Shown piece by piece: positions 61,156-61,774 of a stretch of 61,774 nt of DNA. This DNA is from a virus. The notes beneath the pieces are model-generated. The model did not search any database. It was given only the letters and a program-made list of their open reading frames with translations, and was not told the DNA's origin. Numbering within the stretch: the first letter of the stretch is position 1; each line of letters begins with the position of its first letter. The position numbers and the translations under genes were made by a program. The stretch is taken from IMG/VR virus record IMGVR_UViG_3300045988_126226, positions 131,035-192,808 of that record. One strand, 5' to 3'.

Positions 61156-61231
61156 GGGCTTCGGGACTGCATGGCGTGGTCGTCTGTCTTGCACACAGAA
61201 AATCAGGTGAGTTCGATTCTCACGAGGTCCA
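61156..61231 (+). tRNA. tRNA-Ala (anticodon UGC)
   Basis: acceptor gggcttc/gaggtcc with G3:U70, A73; D stem gact/ggtc; anticodon arm tctgt-CUUGCAC-acaga; T arm gtgag-ttcgatt-ctcac; no CCA encoded. Confidence 0.6.
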
Positions 61232-61704
61232 GTCATCTAAAATTCACAACCGCCACGAGGTAGATGATGGGTAACGCTAATAGTGAATAGAAATGGTTAT
61301 ATGGTGTAAAGTGTAAGCACGGCGGTTAAGTAAACCGCAAGTTTGGGAGCATTGCCCAATATAACCGATTATATGACGATTATATGATTGGTGATAAAAG
61401 CAGCCAGAAATATTATCTTATTAATTAAACTTAATACAATATACTAAATGATATAATAGATAAGGTATATTAATAAAACTTATATATAATAAGATAATAT
61501 ATACAAAATGCTAATAGTGATTTTGGTTTCAGCGCTAAGAAAGTTTTTCCCACTAAGAAGAGAAAATTTGAGTAGTTAGCGTAGTCTTGATAATTATATC
61601 TTAAATAATTATCCCTTTTTGGCTCATAACCTTTTTTTGGATAAAAAATTATATTATATTTACCGTGATGCCGCGGAGGGACGGCCGCCCTAAAGTGCGA
61701 TTAA

Positions 61705-61774
61705 GATTAGAAAGAAGTTGGAAGATCTTCTTAAAACTTCCATTAGATTAGAAAGAAGTTGGAAGATCTTCTTA
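61705..61774. repeat. 29-bp direct repeat GATTAGAAAGAAGTTGGAAGATCTTCTTA x2 separated by 12 bp, at window edge
   Basis: read directly; contains palindrome AAGATCTT. Confidence 0.7.

Noticed and set aside
61705-61774. CRISPR array
   Set aside because: Only two repeat copies, and the 12-bp spacer is far below CRISPR spacer length. No cas genes nearby.

Overview
AT-rich window of a tailed dsDNA phage genome (or prophage); SD usage and an AbrB/SpoVT-like regulator suggest a Firmicutes host. Three expression modules are visible. (1) Positions 1-17132 hold a minus-strand late/structural operon: Zn-ribbon proteins, large terminase, an inserted endonuclease, portal, protease/scaffold-like protein, capsid candidates, tail genes. 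Nearly every gene there is interrupted by in-frame TAG codons. Read with TAG as a sense codon (probably Gln), they become long ORFs with SD sites and TAATG couplings. (2) Positions 17325-33714 hold ~50 plus-strand early genes, each ending in TAA or TGA. A ~220-bp regulatory cassette (terminator, sigma70-like promoter P1, GC hairpin at the transcript 5' end, conserved spacer, promoter P2) recurs about seven times. Promoter-proximal small RNAs or leaderless micro-ORFs sit among the cassettes. (3) Positions 36248-60044 hold plus-strand middle genes behind a second promoter type (TTGACATTTTT-A(n)-TAATATATAATATATATA-GAAAGTTAAGAAAGGA). These include paralogous Cys-rich proteins, a metallopeptidase, TAG-rich homing-endonuclease-like genes, Gly-rich fibre-like proteins, and a tRNA cluster. 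One tRNA is split by a 469-bp endonuclease-bearing insertion. A small minus-strand block (34012-35752) carries a TAG-containing HTH gene beside an iteron array. No CUA-anticodon suppressor tRNA was found in the window. All coordinates for recoded genes are hand-translated and approximate.
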